DNA of 64,000 nucleotides from Fidelibacterota bacterium (GTDB lineage: Bacteria; Fidelibacterota; UBA2242). Below, piece by piece: positions 35,845 to 45,232 of the stretch. Under the pieces are notes generated by a model, which worked only from the letters and a program-made list of their open reading frames with translations, did not search any database and was not told the DNA's origin. A program made the translations under genes and the position numbers. Numbering within the stretch: position 1 is the stretch's first letter; every line of letters starts with the position of its first letter. The DNA is taken from assembly GCA_035448825.1 (NCBI GenBank), contig DAOTJS010000004.1:29339-93338 (forward strand), written 5' to 3'.

Positions 35845-37659
35845 TTACCACGCCACCCATAGCAGAATTAACATCCCGATAATAATCCAGAGATTATAGT
35901 CCAGCAATTGGCCGCTATGCAGGCGCTTTAGAAGTCCGGAAAAACTCAAAGAACCGCGCACCCCAAGATCGTAAACATCAAAATGCTTCTTTTCAGCCGC
36001 ATTGTAAATTGACTTTAAAGGAGATATATTCCTGATTTCATTATAAAACTCCGTCCCGGCAATGCGGAATTTTTCCAGAGACGGCATCCCGCCAAGATAA
36101 TTTTCGTCAAACCGAACGTTTTTGACCAGTAGATAAATAACCAAACCCAACAGAAATGCCGTACCAAACAGCAGAAACAACTGCACCGGTTCATATGAGC
36201 CAAGAACTACCGGCATCGGTAAACCAAGTTCGGATATTATCGGCGCAATAAATTTCCCGATCGGTAAAGGCTTAGCGAATAATCCGAAAACAACACATAA
36301 CAAGGCTAATACACCGACGGATAACCATTGATTGAAAGGCGCCTCTTTAATATCCTTCCATTTCTTGGGACGTTTCCCGAGAAAAATAGCATGAATGAAT
36401 TTCATAAAGCTGGCTAAGGTCAAAGCACTTCCGAAAACCGCCAGTATCAGGCAAATCAAGAGCCAAATTTGATAACCGGTTGTCAAACTCTGCATTTTTT
36501 CGATTAATCCCTGGTAGATCAGCCATTTCGAGTAAAAACCGTTTAGCGGCGGAATTCCCGAAATCGCCAGCGCCCCGGTCAAAGCCGCGATGAACGTTAG
36601 TGGCATATTGCGCCCCAAACCTCCCAATTCATCCAGATTAGCGGTTCCGGTCTGCTTCTCTATCGAATTTAGCGTCAGGAAAAGTGTTGATTTGTAAATC
36701 GTATGGTTAACCATATGAAATAAACCGCCGATAAAAGCAATGACACTCCCGCTACCGACTCCAATAATCATATACCCGACCTGACTGACGGCATGGTAAC
36801 CGAGCAGGCGCCGACCATTATGTTGAATCAACGCCATCATTACGGCACAAATTACTGTAAGAGCGCCCAGCGATATTAAAATCATCTGAATGTTGAGATT
36901 AACTACAAATAATGAAACTGACAGTCGCGCCAGCAGGTAAATTCCAACCAATTTATCCAGCGAAGCCGGTAAAAAAGCCACACTTTCCAGCGGCGCATCC
37001 TGGCTAAAATCCGGCAACCAGGTATGAAACGGAAATCCACCGGCTTTGGCAAAAGCCGCAATCAGAATACTGAAGAAGGCAACGTAAGCCAAACCTCCGC
37101 TCAGAACTACCTGAGTATTCCATAAATCCCAGGAATTATCCGCCCCCAGAAACCAGATTAGAATCAATCCGAGAATCAGGAAAACATCACTTCCGCCGAC
37201 TATAATAAAAGTTTTCTTGGCGGTTTGCGGCGCGCTGGAAGTCTGTCCCAATAGACCAAACAAATACAACATCAAACCAGAAAGTCCCCAGAAAATCAGT
37301 AAGCCAAAAGTATTGACACTCAGAACAATTCCATTACTAATGCCGACTGTCATTGGATACAGAATAAAAAATCCGCGTTCGATGCCCTTATCAACACCTT
37401 TCAGTGAAAAAATCAAAATAATAAAACTCATCACCTGAATAAAAATCAGGGCGAACAGTGCCATTTTATCCATTCCCAGAATCGCTTGACCGAATAGGTA
37501 AACTGCCTCCGCTCCGCCCGTAAATAAATCGTAACAAACATAAAGCAAATAGCCCAGCCCGAGAAAAGTCAACACCTTCCTCAAAATCGTCGGAATAAAT
37601 ATATTCAACACCGCGATAACGACCGGCAATGCCACCATCAAAATCAAATTATTCGGCAT
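35845..37659 (-). CDS. NuoL/MrpA-like proton-conducting membrane subunit (MbhH-like)
   Basis: 604 aa, polytopic. Contains HTWLPDFSQDAPLESVAFL and LLGYHAVSQVGYM. Confidence 0.85.
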   Translation of the reverse strand: MPNNLILMVALPVVIAVLNIFIPTILRKVLTFLGLGYLLYVCYDLFTGGAEAVYLFGQAILGMDKMALFALIFIQVMSFIILIFSLKGVDKGIERGFFILYPMTVGISNGIVLSVNTFGLLIFWGLSGLMLYLFGLLGQTSSAPQTAKKTFIIVGGSDVFLILGLILIWFLGADNSWDLWNTQVVLSGGLAYVAFFSILIAAFAKAGGFPFHTWLPDFSQDAPLESVAFLPASLDKLVGIYLLARLSVSLFVVNLNIQMILISLGALTVICAVMMALIQHNGRRLLGYHAVSQVGYMIIGVGSGSVIAFIGGLFHMVNHTIYKSTLFLTLNSIEKQTGTANLDELGGLGRNMPLTFIAALTGALAISGIPPLNGFYSKWLIYQGLIEKMQSLTTGYQIWLLICLILAVFGSALTLASFMKFIHAIFLGKRPKKWKDIKEAPFNQWLSVGVLALLCVVFGLFAKPLPIGKFIAPIISELGLPMPVVLGSYEPVQLFLLFGTAFLLGLVIYLLVKNVRFDENYLGGMPSLEKFRIAGTEFYNEIRNISPLKSIYNAAEKKHFDVYDLGVRGSLSFSGLLKRLHSGQLLDYNLWIIIGMLILLWVAW

Positions 37660-38836
37660 AACTTCCCCTCCGGATTTGTTCGGTTTTGGCGCGCGAAAGT
37701 TTCAACAAGTCAATCTCATAAGGCCGGTTCAGCGGATCAATCACCCTCAGCGCTCGCTCCGTGCAACAGTAACAGGGGTCCACGGCAGCCAGAGTAATCA
37801 AGGCATCGGCGACCGGAATTCCCTTGCAGGAAGCCATATAAGTCGGGATATTCACATAACTGGGGGCGCGCACTTTGTGTCTGACCGGTCGGTTACTACC
37901 ATCCGATCGGATATAGTGAAAAACTTCTCCGCGTGGCGCTTCATAACGACCTATCCCTTCACCTGGTGTTATTTCCTTGACATTATTTAGAATCGGTCCT
38001 GCGACTACCTTTAATTTTTCCAGACATTGACGAACGATTTTACCGGATTCCAAAATTTCCAGAATGCGTAGCACCAGTTTATCGTAAACGTCACCATTAG
38101 ACAGGACAATTTCATCGAAATCAACCAGATCATAAGCATCGCTTGGCTCATCTTTACGAACGTCAATCGCCACGCCGGAAGCGCGCGCTACCGGCCCAAC
38201 GGCACAGTAAGCGATCGCATCGGCTTTGGTAAGAACACCGACACCTTTCAAGCGTGATTTCAAAACCGGATCGTCATGCGCGGCTTTGGCAAGCATATCC
38301 ATCTTGCGGTCAACGTTGTCCAGGATTTTCAGCAACTTCGGAATAATAGCTGGATCAACATCGCGGGCTACACCACCGACGCGCATCATACCGTAGTGAT
38401 TACGGTTGCCGGTAATAGCTTCGAACATTTCCAGAATTGGCTCGCGGTATTTCCAAGCCCACATCCAGAGTGTATCATATCCGATAAAGTGCCCGGCCAG
38501 TCCGAGCCACAATAAATGACTGTGAATTCGTTCCAGTTCACCGATTAAGGTGCGGATATAGCGTGCTCGCAATGGAATTTCGATATTATCAATGTCCTCG
38601 ATCGCATGAACGCAGGCAATCGGATGAGAAGTCGAGCAGATGCCACAAATTCTTTCAACCAAATAGATAGATTGAGTGAAAGTCTTGGATTCGCTGATGA
38701 ACTCATGTCCGCGGTGCATCCAACCGATTTCCATATCAATATCAACCACTGTTTCGCCGTCTACCTTCAGTTCGAAGTATTCGGCTTCTTCCAACAGCGG
38801 ATGAAACGGGCCGAGCGGAATCTTGTTTTCGGTCAT
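37649..38836 (-). CDS. mbhL: Group 4 [NiFe]-hydrogenase large (catalytic) subunit, NuoD-like
   Basis: 395 aa. The N-terminal Ni-binding motif is RICGICSTSH and the C-terminal one is DPCYCCTER. A tail of about 35 aa follows, which would be removed by the HycI-type protease. Confidence 0.92.
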   Translation of the reverse strand: MTENKIPLGPFHPLLEEAEYFELKVDGETVVDIDMEIGWMHRGHEFISESKTFTQSIYLVERICGICSTSHPIACVHAIEDIDNIEIPLRARYIRTLIGELERIHSHLLWLGLAGHFIGYDTLWMWAWKYREPILEMFEAITGNRNHYGMMRVGGVARDVDPAIIPKLLKILDNVDRKMDMLAKAAHDDPVLKSRLKGVGVLTKADAIAYCAVGPVARASGVAIDVRKDEPSDAYDLVDFDEIVLSNGDVYDKLVLRILEILESGKIVRQCLEKLKVVAGPILNNVKEITPGEGIGRYEAPRGEVFHYIRSDGSNRPVRHKVRAPSYVNIPTYMASCKGIPVADALITLAAVDPCYCCTERALRVIDPLNRPYEIDLLKLSRAKTEQIRRGSYAE

Positions 38837-39264
38837 AGCAACCTCCCGAAGCGTAACGGCCTGTCCGGATTTTCCGGACTATTTAGTGTTAGGAGTTGAT
38901 CCATCCGCGGATGCCCGACAAACTCGATCCCCCATAAGTCGAATATTTCGCGCTCGATCCACAGCGCACCGGTTACAATATCGGTAATGGTATTGACCTT
39001 TGGATTCTTCTTATCGTTCAAAACTACTCGTGGGCAATAATAGCAACCGCTAGCGTCGTGTGAAAAATGATAGAGGATTTCGAGACCGTGATAGGTTTCT
39101 TGAGCAGAAGCCGTCGAGAGCCGACAGCCAAGCGTAACAAACAGATACCGGGCAATCTCCTTGAGGTTTTCGTTAGACACCACAAAATAGAGCCGACGCG
39201 GTTTTTCGATTACCTGCGTAATCTTATCTCTCATCAATTCCAGAAATTGGGTATAGTCATCCAT
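38833..39264 (-). CDS. mbhK: NuoC-like (30-kDa type) hydrogenase subunit
   Basis: 143 aa. Contains EREIFDLWGIEFVGHP. Confidence 0.8.
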   Translation of the reverse strand: MDDYTQFLELMRDKITQVIEKPRRLYFVVSNENLKEIARYLFVTLGCRLSTASAQETYHGLEILYHFSHDASGCYYCPRVVLNDKKNPKVNTITDIVTGALWIEREIFDLWGIEFVGHPRMDQLLTLNSPENPDRPLRFGRLL

Positions 39265-39676
39265 TCAAAACTCCTATTAGTTTCGCAACTGCGGCAATCA
39301 TCGCCTCCGGCTTGGGCGGACAGCCGGGAATGTACATATCAATCGGTATGACCGCTTCCCGTGACGGCACAATATTGTAGCTATCCTTGAAACAACAACC
39401 GCCGGAAACACAGGTGCCGACCGCTACCACAAATATTGGCTTGGGCGCCTGTTCATAGAGTTTTTTAATCTTCGGCGCCACTTTTTTATTGAATACACCC
39501 GTCACTAAAAGCACATCGGCGTGGCGCACCGAACCAACCAACTTGATGCCGAAACGTTCGACGTCATAGCGCGGCGTCAGCAAATCGAGAATCTCGATGT
39601 CGCAATTGTTGCAGGGCGAGCCGCTGACGTGAAAAACCCACAGTGATTTCGATAAACGACGGTTATACCATCCCAT
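39257..39676 (-). CDS. mbhJ: NuoB-like [NiFe]-hydrogenase small subunit (single [4Fe-4S])
   Basis: 139 aa. Cys ligands are in SPCNNCDIE, VGTCVSGG and IPGCPPKPE. Confidence 0.88.
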   Translation of the reverse strand: MGWYNRRLSKSLWVFHVSGSPCNNCDIEILDLLTPRYDVERFGIKLVGSVRHADVLLVTGVFNKKVAPKIKKLYEQAPKPIFVVAVGTCVSGGCCFKDSYNIVPSREAVIPIDMYIPGCPPKPEAMIAAVAKLIGVLNG

Positions 39677-39677
39677 A

Positions 39678-40607
39678 TTACACTCCTAAAACCGCTAATA
39701 TTACCGCCAGTAAAGCCACCGGCGTTAGATATTTCCAGAAAAATTTTAACGCTGTATCAATTCGAACTCGCGGATTGGTATTTTTAATCAAAACCATCAC
39801 TACGACGATTCCAAGATATTTTAATGCCGACCATAAAACGCCCCAGCCGATTTCGTTAAATCCCCCGAGAAATAACAAAATTAATAAAAACGGAAATGCT
39901 ACCCACTGCATAGCCTGGCTCAATTTCCAGAAACCGAGCAAAGGTCCGGAATATTCCATCAAAGGACCTTCGACAATTTCGGTTTCGGCTTCCGGAATGT
40001 GAAACGGCGGCAGAGTCATTTTAGCCTGAATACATAAAAGCCCGACAATGAATGCCAGAGCCCCGGAAAACGAACCAATGAACATTCCCTGCGCTACCTG
40101 AGCGCTAAGGATTTCCTCAAGTTTTATATGGTAGCCGGATTTAATTATCGGCACCAGGCAAACTAAAATGAAAGCCAGTTCGTCGGCTAGAAGCAGTTTG
40201 ATCTCGCGTCCAGCCCCGAGACTGGAATAAACATTGCCGGTCGCCGACCCGCCCAGAATTACCATAACCGAATAAATCATCAATAAATACATTATCACCA
40301 GCAGGTCACCACCAAAGCCAATTCCATAAAAAAGGGCAACACCCAGCATTGTCGTGATCAAAGTCGTTACGCCAAATGCTACCAGCGGCGACAACACAAA
40401 AAGAGAATGCAGGCTTTCCTTTACGATTATAGTTTCTTTGCCGAGTAATTTGAAAAAATCGTTGAAATTCTGGAAAAGCGGCGGGCCAACGCGAAATTGC
40501 ACCCGCGCGCTGACTTTGCGATCAACCCACCCGACTAATAATCCCAGAACCGCACTAAACAATAATCCTGGAAAAACCAATAGATAAAAAAATACCCATC
40601 CAGTCAT
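39678..40607 (-). CDS. mbhM: NuoH/HycD-like membrane subunit
   Basis: 309 aa, polytopic. Contains DRKVSARVQFRVGP. Confidence 0.85.
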   Translation of the reverse strand: MTGWVFFYLLVFPGLLFSAVLGLLVGWVDRKVSARVQFRVGPPLFQNFNDFFKLLGKETIIVKESLHSLFVLSPLVAFGVTTLITTMLGVALFYGIGFGGDLLVIMYLLMIYSVMVILGGSATGNVYSSLGAGREIKLLLADELAFILVCLVPIIKSGYHIKLEEILSAQVAQGMFIGSFSGALAFIVGLLCIQAKMTLPPFHIPEAETEIVEGPLMEYSGPLLGFWKLSQAMQWVAFPFLLILLFLGGFNEIGWGVLWSALKYLGIVVVMVLIKNTNPRVRIDTALKFFWKYLTPVALLAVILAVLGV

Positions 40608-41107
40608 ACTTTCTCCTCCTTATGTCGCCAGCTCGGGCTCTTAATAGCCAGATGTTCGCCATATAGAAAAATCTGAGCGCCTGGATCTTCTTTAACTATT
40701 TCTTCCATCCGAATACTATTTTGCGGCGCGGTTTGGGCGCAAAGTGGAACATAGTCCGGATTATCCTGTAGTTGATTCAGGCAAAAATCGCACTTGCTGG
40801 TTACATAATTAATAACCTCTGGAAAAATCGTCCCGAAGGGGCAAGCCAGCGTGCAGGATTTACAACCGACGCAACGCATATTCCAGCGTTTGATCAAGCC
40901 GGATTCGGTGCGTTCGAGAGCTTCTTTGGGACAGACGGTTACGCAAAAGGCGTCCTGGCATTGACGACAATAGACCGCAAATTCGGCGATTTCCAGCAGA
41001 CTAAACTGCCCATCGTTATGGCGATGATAAAAGTACTCGCACTCAATTTTTTGCACTGCGTCACCCGCCTCATATAACATTGGAATGTCAATAAATAGAC
41101 GTTTCAT
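40604..41107 (-). CDS. 4Fe-4S dicluster electron-transfer protein (HycB/HydN-like)
   Basis: Contains CRQCQDAFCVTVCP and CVGCKSCTLACPFG, plus a further Cys group CDFC...C. Confidence 0.75.
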   Translation of the reverse strand: MKRLFIDIPMLYEAGDAVQKIECEYFYHRHNDGQFSLLEIAEFAVYCRQCQDAFCVTVCPKEALERTESGLIKRWNMRCVGCKSCTLACPFGTIFPEVINYVTSKCDFCLNQLQDNPDYVPLCAQTAPQNSIRMEEIVKEDPGAQIFLYGEHLAIKSPSWRHKEEKV

Positions 41108-41928
41108 TCCCAGATATTCTCCTCGTCTTTAATCTGTTCATAAGTAAAAACCGGGCCATCTTTACAGGCAAAATACGGACCCATTACACAATGACGACAT
41201 TGACCAATACCGCAGTACATTTTCTTTTCCATAGATAAATAAATATTCTGCGGTGGATAGCCATATTTCAGCAAATCGAACGTGCCAAATTTCATCATCA
41301 CCGGCGGACCACAGACAATCACCGGATTATTATGCGGATCAATAGAAATTTTACTCAGCAATTTTGTTACTAAACAGACCTCTTCGTCCCAGCTTTGACC
41401 TTCCGGAACTTTATCAACTGAACGCAGGATAGTGACTTTTGGAATTTTGCGCCATTCGGCAATTTGATCTTTATAAATCATATCAGCCGGAGTGCGAGCA
41501 CCAGCCAAAAAGGTAACACTGTTATAATCATCAATGTCATGTAATAACGTCAGGAAGAGCGAACGCGTCGGCGCCATCCCGACTCCCCCGCCCATTATCA
41601 AAACATCCTTGCCTTTGAATTCCGCCAGGGGATAACCCTTGCCATAAGGCCCACGCAAACCCAGACGATCACCGACTTTGGTTCGATGAATATATTCCGT
41701 TACGAATCCGGTTTTCATAATCGTAAAATCCAGGGTATCGGCAATATAATGCGAAGATGAAGGCGTAAAAGGTCCCTCGCCAATACCCGGTACAGTTACC
41801 TCCATAAATTGACCGGTTAGAAAAGGCATCGGTTTTTCCGGGCGCAACCGTAGAGTACGAATAGTCGGAGACTCTTCGATAATTTCATAAATAACCGCCG
41901 CAGTCGTTTCATAGGGATTCTTAGACAT
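41104..41928 (-). CDS. FAD/NAD(P)-binding oxidoreductase with C-terminal [2Fe-2S] (sulfhydrogenase gamma / AsrB / PyrK-like)
   Basis: Ferredoxin-reductase-type fold: RTLRLRPE...FLTGQFMEV, GGGVGMAPTRSL, and C-terminal CGIGQCRHC. ATG 41928 is preceded by GGAGG; the track ORF reaches 42036 inside the upstream gene. Confidence 0.8.
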   Translation of the reverse strand: MSKNPYETTAAVIYEIIEESPTIRTLRLRPEKPMPFLTGQFMEVTVPGIGEGPFTPSSSHYIADTLDFTIMKTGFVTEYIHRTKVGDRLGLRGPYGKGYPLAEFKGKDVLIMGGGVGMAPTRSLFLTLLHDIDDYNSVTFLAGARTPADMIYKDQIAEWRKIPKVTILRSVDKVPEGQSWDEEVCLVTKLLSKISIDPHNNPVIVCGPPVMMKFGTFDLLKYGYPPQNIYLSMEKKMYCGIGQCRHCVMGPYFACKDGPVFTYEQIKDEENIWE

Positions 41929-42967
41929 TGGACGCCTCCGTGACAATTCCGAGGGACATGATCCGTTGTAATACCTCACGAAATTCGATTTTTCCGGCGC
42001 AAACTTCAATGCAACGTCCACAACCGGTGCAACCAATCATCCCGAAGTTGCTTTGCATATAACTAAATTTGCATAAATAGCGGTTGCGGAAACGCTCGAA
42101 CATCTTCGGTCGAGGCGTCGCGCCACCTGCCACCCGCGCATAACCGTGTAACTGACAGGTGTCGGTACTGCGATCTTTGGTAAAGACCTCACCGCTGGTT
42201 TCGTCGTTTAAAATCAGGCAGTAACAGGTGGGACAAATATTCGTACAGCCGCCACAACCACAACAGGTAAAAGCCTCGTCAACCCATTTAGTTAAATCGG
42301 CGGCTTTAAGCTTTTCATACTGCTGATTACGTTCATACTGCTTATTCTGCAATATCAAACGTTTTTCGATGGCTTTGCGGTTCTCGTCGCGCGTAGGCAA
42401 ATCGTCTTCTAAATTATGACTGATCTTCGCATTGTTCTGCATCAGATCGAATAACTCCTGCCCTTTCCCTGAACCAACCTCTAGGTGATAATACTTCGAA
42501 TCGAGTCGGGTGAGATTTAAGTCAAAATTTTTAGTGGCATAGGGTCGGCCATTGACTAAATTGCAATGGCAGGTCGGTGCGATTTCATTGCAATCGGCAC
42601 TAATGATTGTCACATTCTTGCGCCGGTTTTCATATAACGGATCTACAAAATCGGCATTTATCAAGGCTTTATCCAATAATTCCAGAGCTTGCAAGTCACA
42701 GGATTTGGCACCGACAATCAGCCATTTTTCATCACTTGTCATAGCCGGTAAAACTCGTTCCCGCGCCATATAGAAAAGTATTCGCAAGGGATCAATCGTT
42801 CGATAACTGTCAATCACAGATTCTTCCCCTTCCCGCCAGTTATCGAAAAATAGAACATCATCCGATTTATCGGAACGACGCGGTGCGATCACTTTCTTGA
42901 AATTACCCAGATTTTCCTTCTGACAACGCGTTAAAAAGTCGAATAAAGCGGCTTTTTCAATTATCAT
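41921..42967 (-). CDS. Iron-sulfur subunit (sulfhydrogenase beta / AsrA-like)
   Basis: Contains CCGCGGCTNICPTCYC and CTGCGRCIEVC, with a length near archaeal HydB. ATG 42967 is preceded by GGAGG; the track ORF starts at 43006. Confidence 0.75.
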   Translation of the reverse strand: MIIEKAALFDFLTRCQKENLGNFKKVIAPRRSDKSDDVLFFDNWREGEESVIDSYRTIDPLRILFYMARERVLPAMTSDEKWLIVGAKSCDLQALELLDKALINADFVDPLYENRRKNVTIISADCNEIAPTCHCNLVNGRPYATKNFDLNLTRLDSKYYHLEVGSGKGQELFDLMQNNAKISHNLEDDLPTRDENRKAIEKRLILQNKQYERNQQYEKLKAADLTKWVDEAFTCCGCGGCTNICPTCYCLILNDETSGEVFTKDRSTDTCQLHGYARVAGGATPRPKMFERFRNRYLCKFSYMQSNFGMIGCTGCGRCIEVCAGKIEFREVLQRIMSLGIVTEASNV

Positions 42968-43021
42968 TAATAAACCTCCATCGGAAAAACTCAATCCAAA
43001 AATCACTTTTTAATACCTGAT

Positions 43022-43390
43022 TCAAACTTCACCCACGGCCATTTTTCGGATCAATTCGATTAATTTTTCTGATTCACTGGATTTATCGAAAAAATAATCA
43101 GTTCCTTCCTCGAGACACTTTTTACGATACTGGGGATAAGGATAATCGGTAAAGACAATTATGCGCAAATCGGGACGATTTTGGCGCACTGTTTTAAGCA
43201 CATAGATACCACCGGCACCCGGCATACGAATATCAAGAATAACTACGTCTGGCTTTAAGGCATTAATTCCGCTGATGGCCGATTCGGTATCCTCACCATA
43301 ACCGACTATTTCGACATCCGGTATTTCAGTGAGCAGATTCGTTAAATGCTTACGCAGAATTTCGGAATCATCAGCGATAAATACTTTCAT
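43022..43390 (-). CDS. Stand-alone response regulator receiver (CheY-like)
   Basis: 122 aa. Contains DDSE, DVVILDIRMPG and IVFTD, with no output domain. Its stop lies 15 nt upstream of the first hydrogenase-operon gene. Confidence 0.88.
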   Translation of the reverse strand: MKVFIADDSEILRKHLTNLLTEIPDVEIVGYGEDTESAISGINALKPDVVILDIRMPGAGGIYVLKTVRQNRPDLRIIVFTDYPYPQYRKKCLEEGTDYFFDKSSESEKLIELIRKMAVGEV

Positions 43391-43550
43391 GCTTAAGATA
43401 TTTTATTTAAAGGTATTTGATTCGTGTAATTCACAATTAAATGTATATCAATCGCATCGTCTTGTAAATCAGACAAAACCTGATTTTGTTATCGGTTTTT
43501 GTCCTACAAGGTTTGATTAAAATTAGTAAAGGAAAACCTGGAGTGTTTAT

Positions 43551-43580
43551 AAAAAAGAAAAGCCCGGCTAAGAGCCGGAC
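43551..43580 (-). terminator. Rho-independent terminator after hsp20 pair
   Basis: Stem CCGGCT (43564-43569) / AGCCGG (43573-43578), followed on the minus strand by GCTTTTCTTTTTT. Confidence 0.55.
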
Positions 43581-43610
43581 TTCTCTTGATTGAGGGTGAT
43601 TGGGAGGAAA

Positions 43611-44054
43611 TTATTTGACCTTCACTTCAATCTGTTTAGCAAGTGATTCTTTCTTTTTAGGAACAACGATATTCAATACGCCATCTTTGAATTCGGCTTC
43701 AATCTTATCAGCCTCAACCGAATCATCGAGTCGGAAATTCCGTTGGAATGAACCATAGATGCGTTCAGTGCGTTGATAATTCTTATCCTCGACTTTAGAT
43801 TCGCGTTTTTTCTCGCCGCTAATAGTCAGGTAATTATCTTTCACATTGATTTTAATTTCATCTTTGGTCATGCCTGGTAATTCAACTTGGATGTTATAAG
43901 CCTTATCCTCCTCGATGATATCAACGGCCGGACTGAAGGCTAGTAAACTTGTTTCCTCTTCATACTGCGGATTGAAGATCGAATCGAACAGACGGTCAAA
44001 TTCATTCCTCACATCCAACCACGAGCTTCTCGGAGTCCATCTTGTAATTGCCAT
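43611..44054 (-). CDS. Hsp20/alpha-crystallin small heat-shock protein
   Basis: Alpha-crystallin domain AVDIIEEDKAYNIQVELPGMTKDEIKINV...LTISGEK and a C-terminal GVLNIVVPK. Confidence 0.92.
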   Translation of the reverse strand: MAITRWTPRSSWLDVRNEFDRLFDSIFNPQYEEETSLLAFSPAVDIIEEDKAYNIQVELPGMTKDEIKINVKDNYLTISGEKKRESKVEDKNYQRTERIYGSFQRNFRLDDSVEADKIEAEFKDGVLNIVVPKKKESLAKQIEVKVK

Positions 44055-44086
44055 AGCACACCTCCTTTCTTTTTAAGTTAATTTGG

Positions 44087-44521
44087 TTATTTAATTTCAA
44101 TTGACTTCGGTTTACTTTCCGGCGATTTCGGAATAACGATATTCAATACGCCATTTTTGAATTCAGCCGCAATTTTTTCCTGGTCAACTAACTCCGGCAA
44201 GCGGAAGGAACGCTCAAACGAACCGAAAACGCGCTCACATTGATAAAAATTCTTTTTATTGATTTTTTTAACCCGTTTCTTCTCACCGGAAATGGTCAGT
44301 ACATTATCCTTTAGGCTAATTTTGACATCGTCTTTTTTGACACCGGGCAGTTCGACATTAACGATATATTCTGTATCTTTTTCCTCGATATCAACTTCCG
44401 GAGCAAAAGCCACTAAGGATGTTTCTTCATCCCGATCGAAGAAGAAAGGATCGAAAAACCGATCAATAGCATAAGGATTCTTCGTCAAGGTGCTTTTTGG
44501 AGTTGTTTTAGTGATTGCCAT
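44087..44521 (-). CDS. Hsp20/alpha-crystallin small heat-shock protein (paralog)
   Basis: Same motif set (EVDIEEKDTEYIVNVELPGVKKDDVKISL, GVLNIVIPK). AGGAGG RBS. Confidence 0.92.
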   Translation of the reverse strand: MAITKTTPKSTLTKNPYAIDRFFDPFFFDRDEETSLVAFAPEVDIEEKDTEYIVNVELPGVKKDDVKISLKDNVLTISGEKKRVKKINKKNFYQCERVFGSFERSFRLPELVDQEKIAAEFKNGVLNIVIPKSPESKPKSIEIK

Positions 44522-44854
44522 ATAGACCTCCTTTTTTTCTTATTTTTATTTTCTCACTTCAACTTTTCAAAAACCGCTTATTATTTGCTCAAGTAGTATG
44601 CCGGTTCAAGAAATGGCCGATTCTTGTCAGACTATTTGAAAAAACGACAAAGCTTTTTGCCGATGTGGCGATGTTGGGTAGAATTGGCATTCTCTCTTGA
44701 CAGATTCACGCCAGAAGGGCAAATCGGCGAAATGGAAAACTGACTAACCAGTTTTTTACTCAATCAAAGGAACTAATTATCAAATAGGACTTTACTTTCT
44801 TGTCCTTTTGATGCTCATTCTCTAAATTCCACTAGTCTAAAGGATTGAAAAAAT

Positions 44855-45232
44855 ATGGGTATTGTTAGATTAAATAATATGGTCTTTTATGGTTATCACG
44901 GGGTCGCCGAACCGGAAAAAATATTGGGCGGCAAAATCGAGGTTGACGTCGAGCTGGAATTTGATATGACCAAGGTCATTACCACCGATCATCTGACCGA
45001 CACGATTAATTACGAAAAAGTTTATCAGTTAGTGCAGGAAGTCGTTACCCAAGCCAAATTTTTCCTGATCGAAGCTTTAGCCGGAAAAATTCTAAACGAA
45101 ATATTTAATCATCACCCGGTCGAATCAGTCCGCGTCCGGATTCGCAAACCCAATGCGCCCATCAAAGGCGTTCTGGATACAGTCGAAGTCGAAATCTTTC
45201 GACGTCGCGATCAAATGGGAGAAAAGTCATGA
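44855..45232 (+). CDS. folB: Dihydroneopterin aldolase
   Basis: 125 aa. Contains FYGYHGVAEPEKILGG and INYEKVY, and it is in an operon with folK. Confidence 0.88.
   Translation: MGIVRLNNMVFYGYHGVAEPEKILGGKIEVDVELEFDMTKVITTDHLTDTINYEKVYQLVQEVVTQAKFFLIEALAGKILNEIFNHHPVESVRVRIRKPNAPIKGVLDTVEVEIFRRRDQMGEKS

Noticed and set aside
37649-38836. Alternative reading of the operon as an Mbx/Mbs-type sulfane-sulfur reductase or a complex-I relative
   Set aside because: The NuoD-like subunit retains both Cys pairs (CGIC and CYCC) needed for the NiFe site, and a HycI-type maturation protease is encoded in the operon. Both argue for a genuine hydrogenase.
44660-44700. Sigma-54-like TGGCAT...TTGAC element upstream of folB, and CTTGAA-type sigma-32 box upstream of hsp20
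   Set aside because: The GG-N10-GC spacing is not met for sigma-54 (TG instead of GC at -12). No CCCCAT-like -10 element follows at the right distance for sigma-32. These are chance partial matches.
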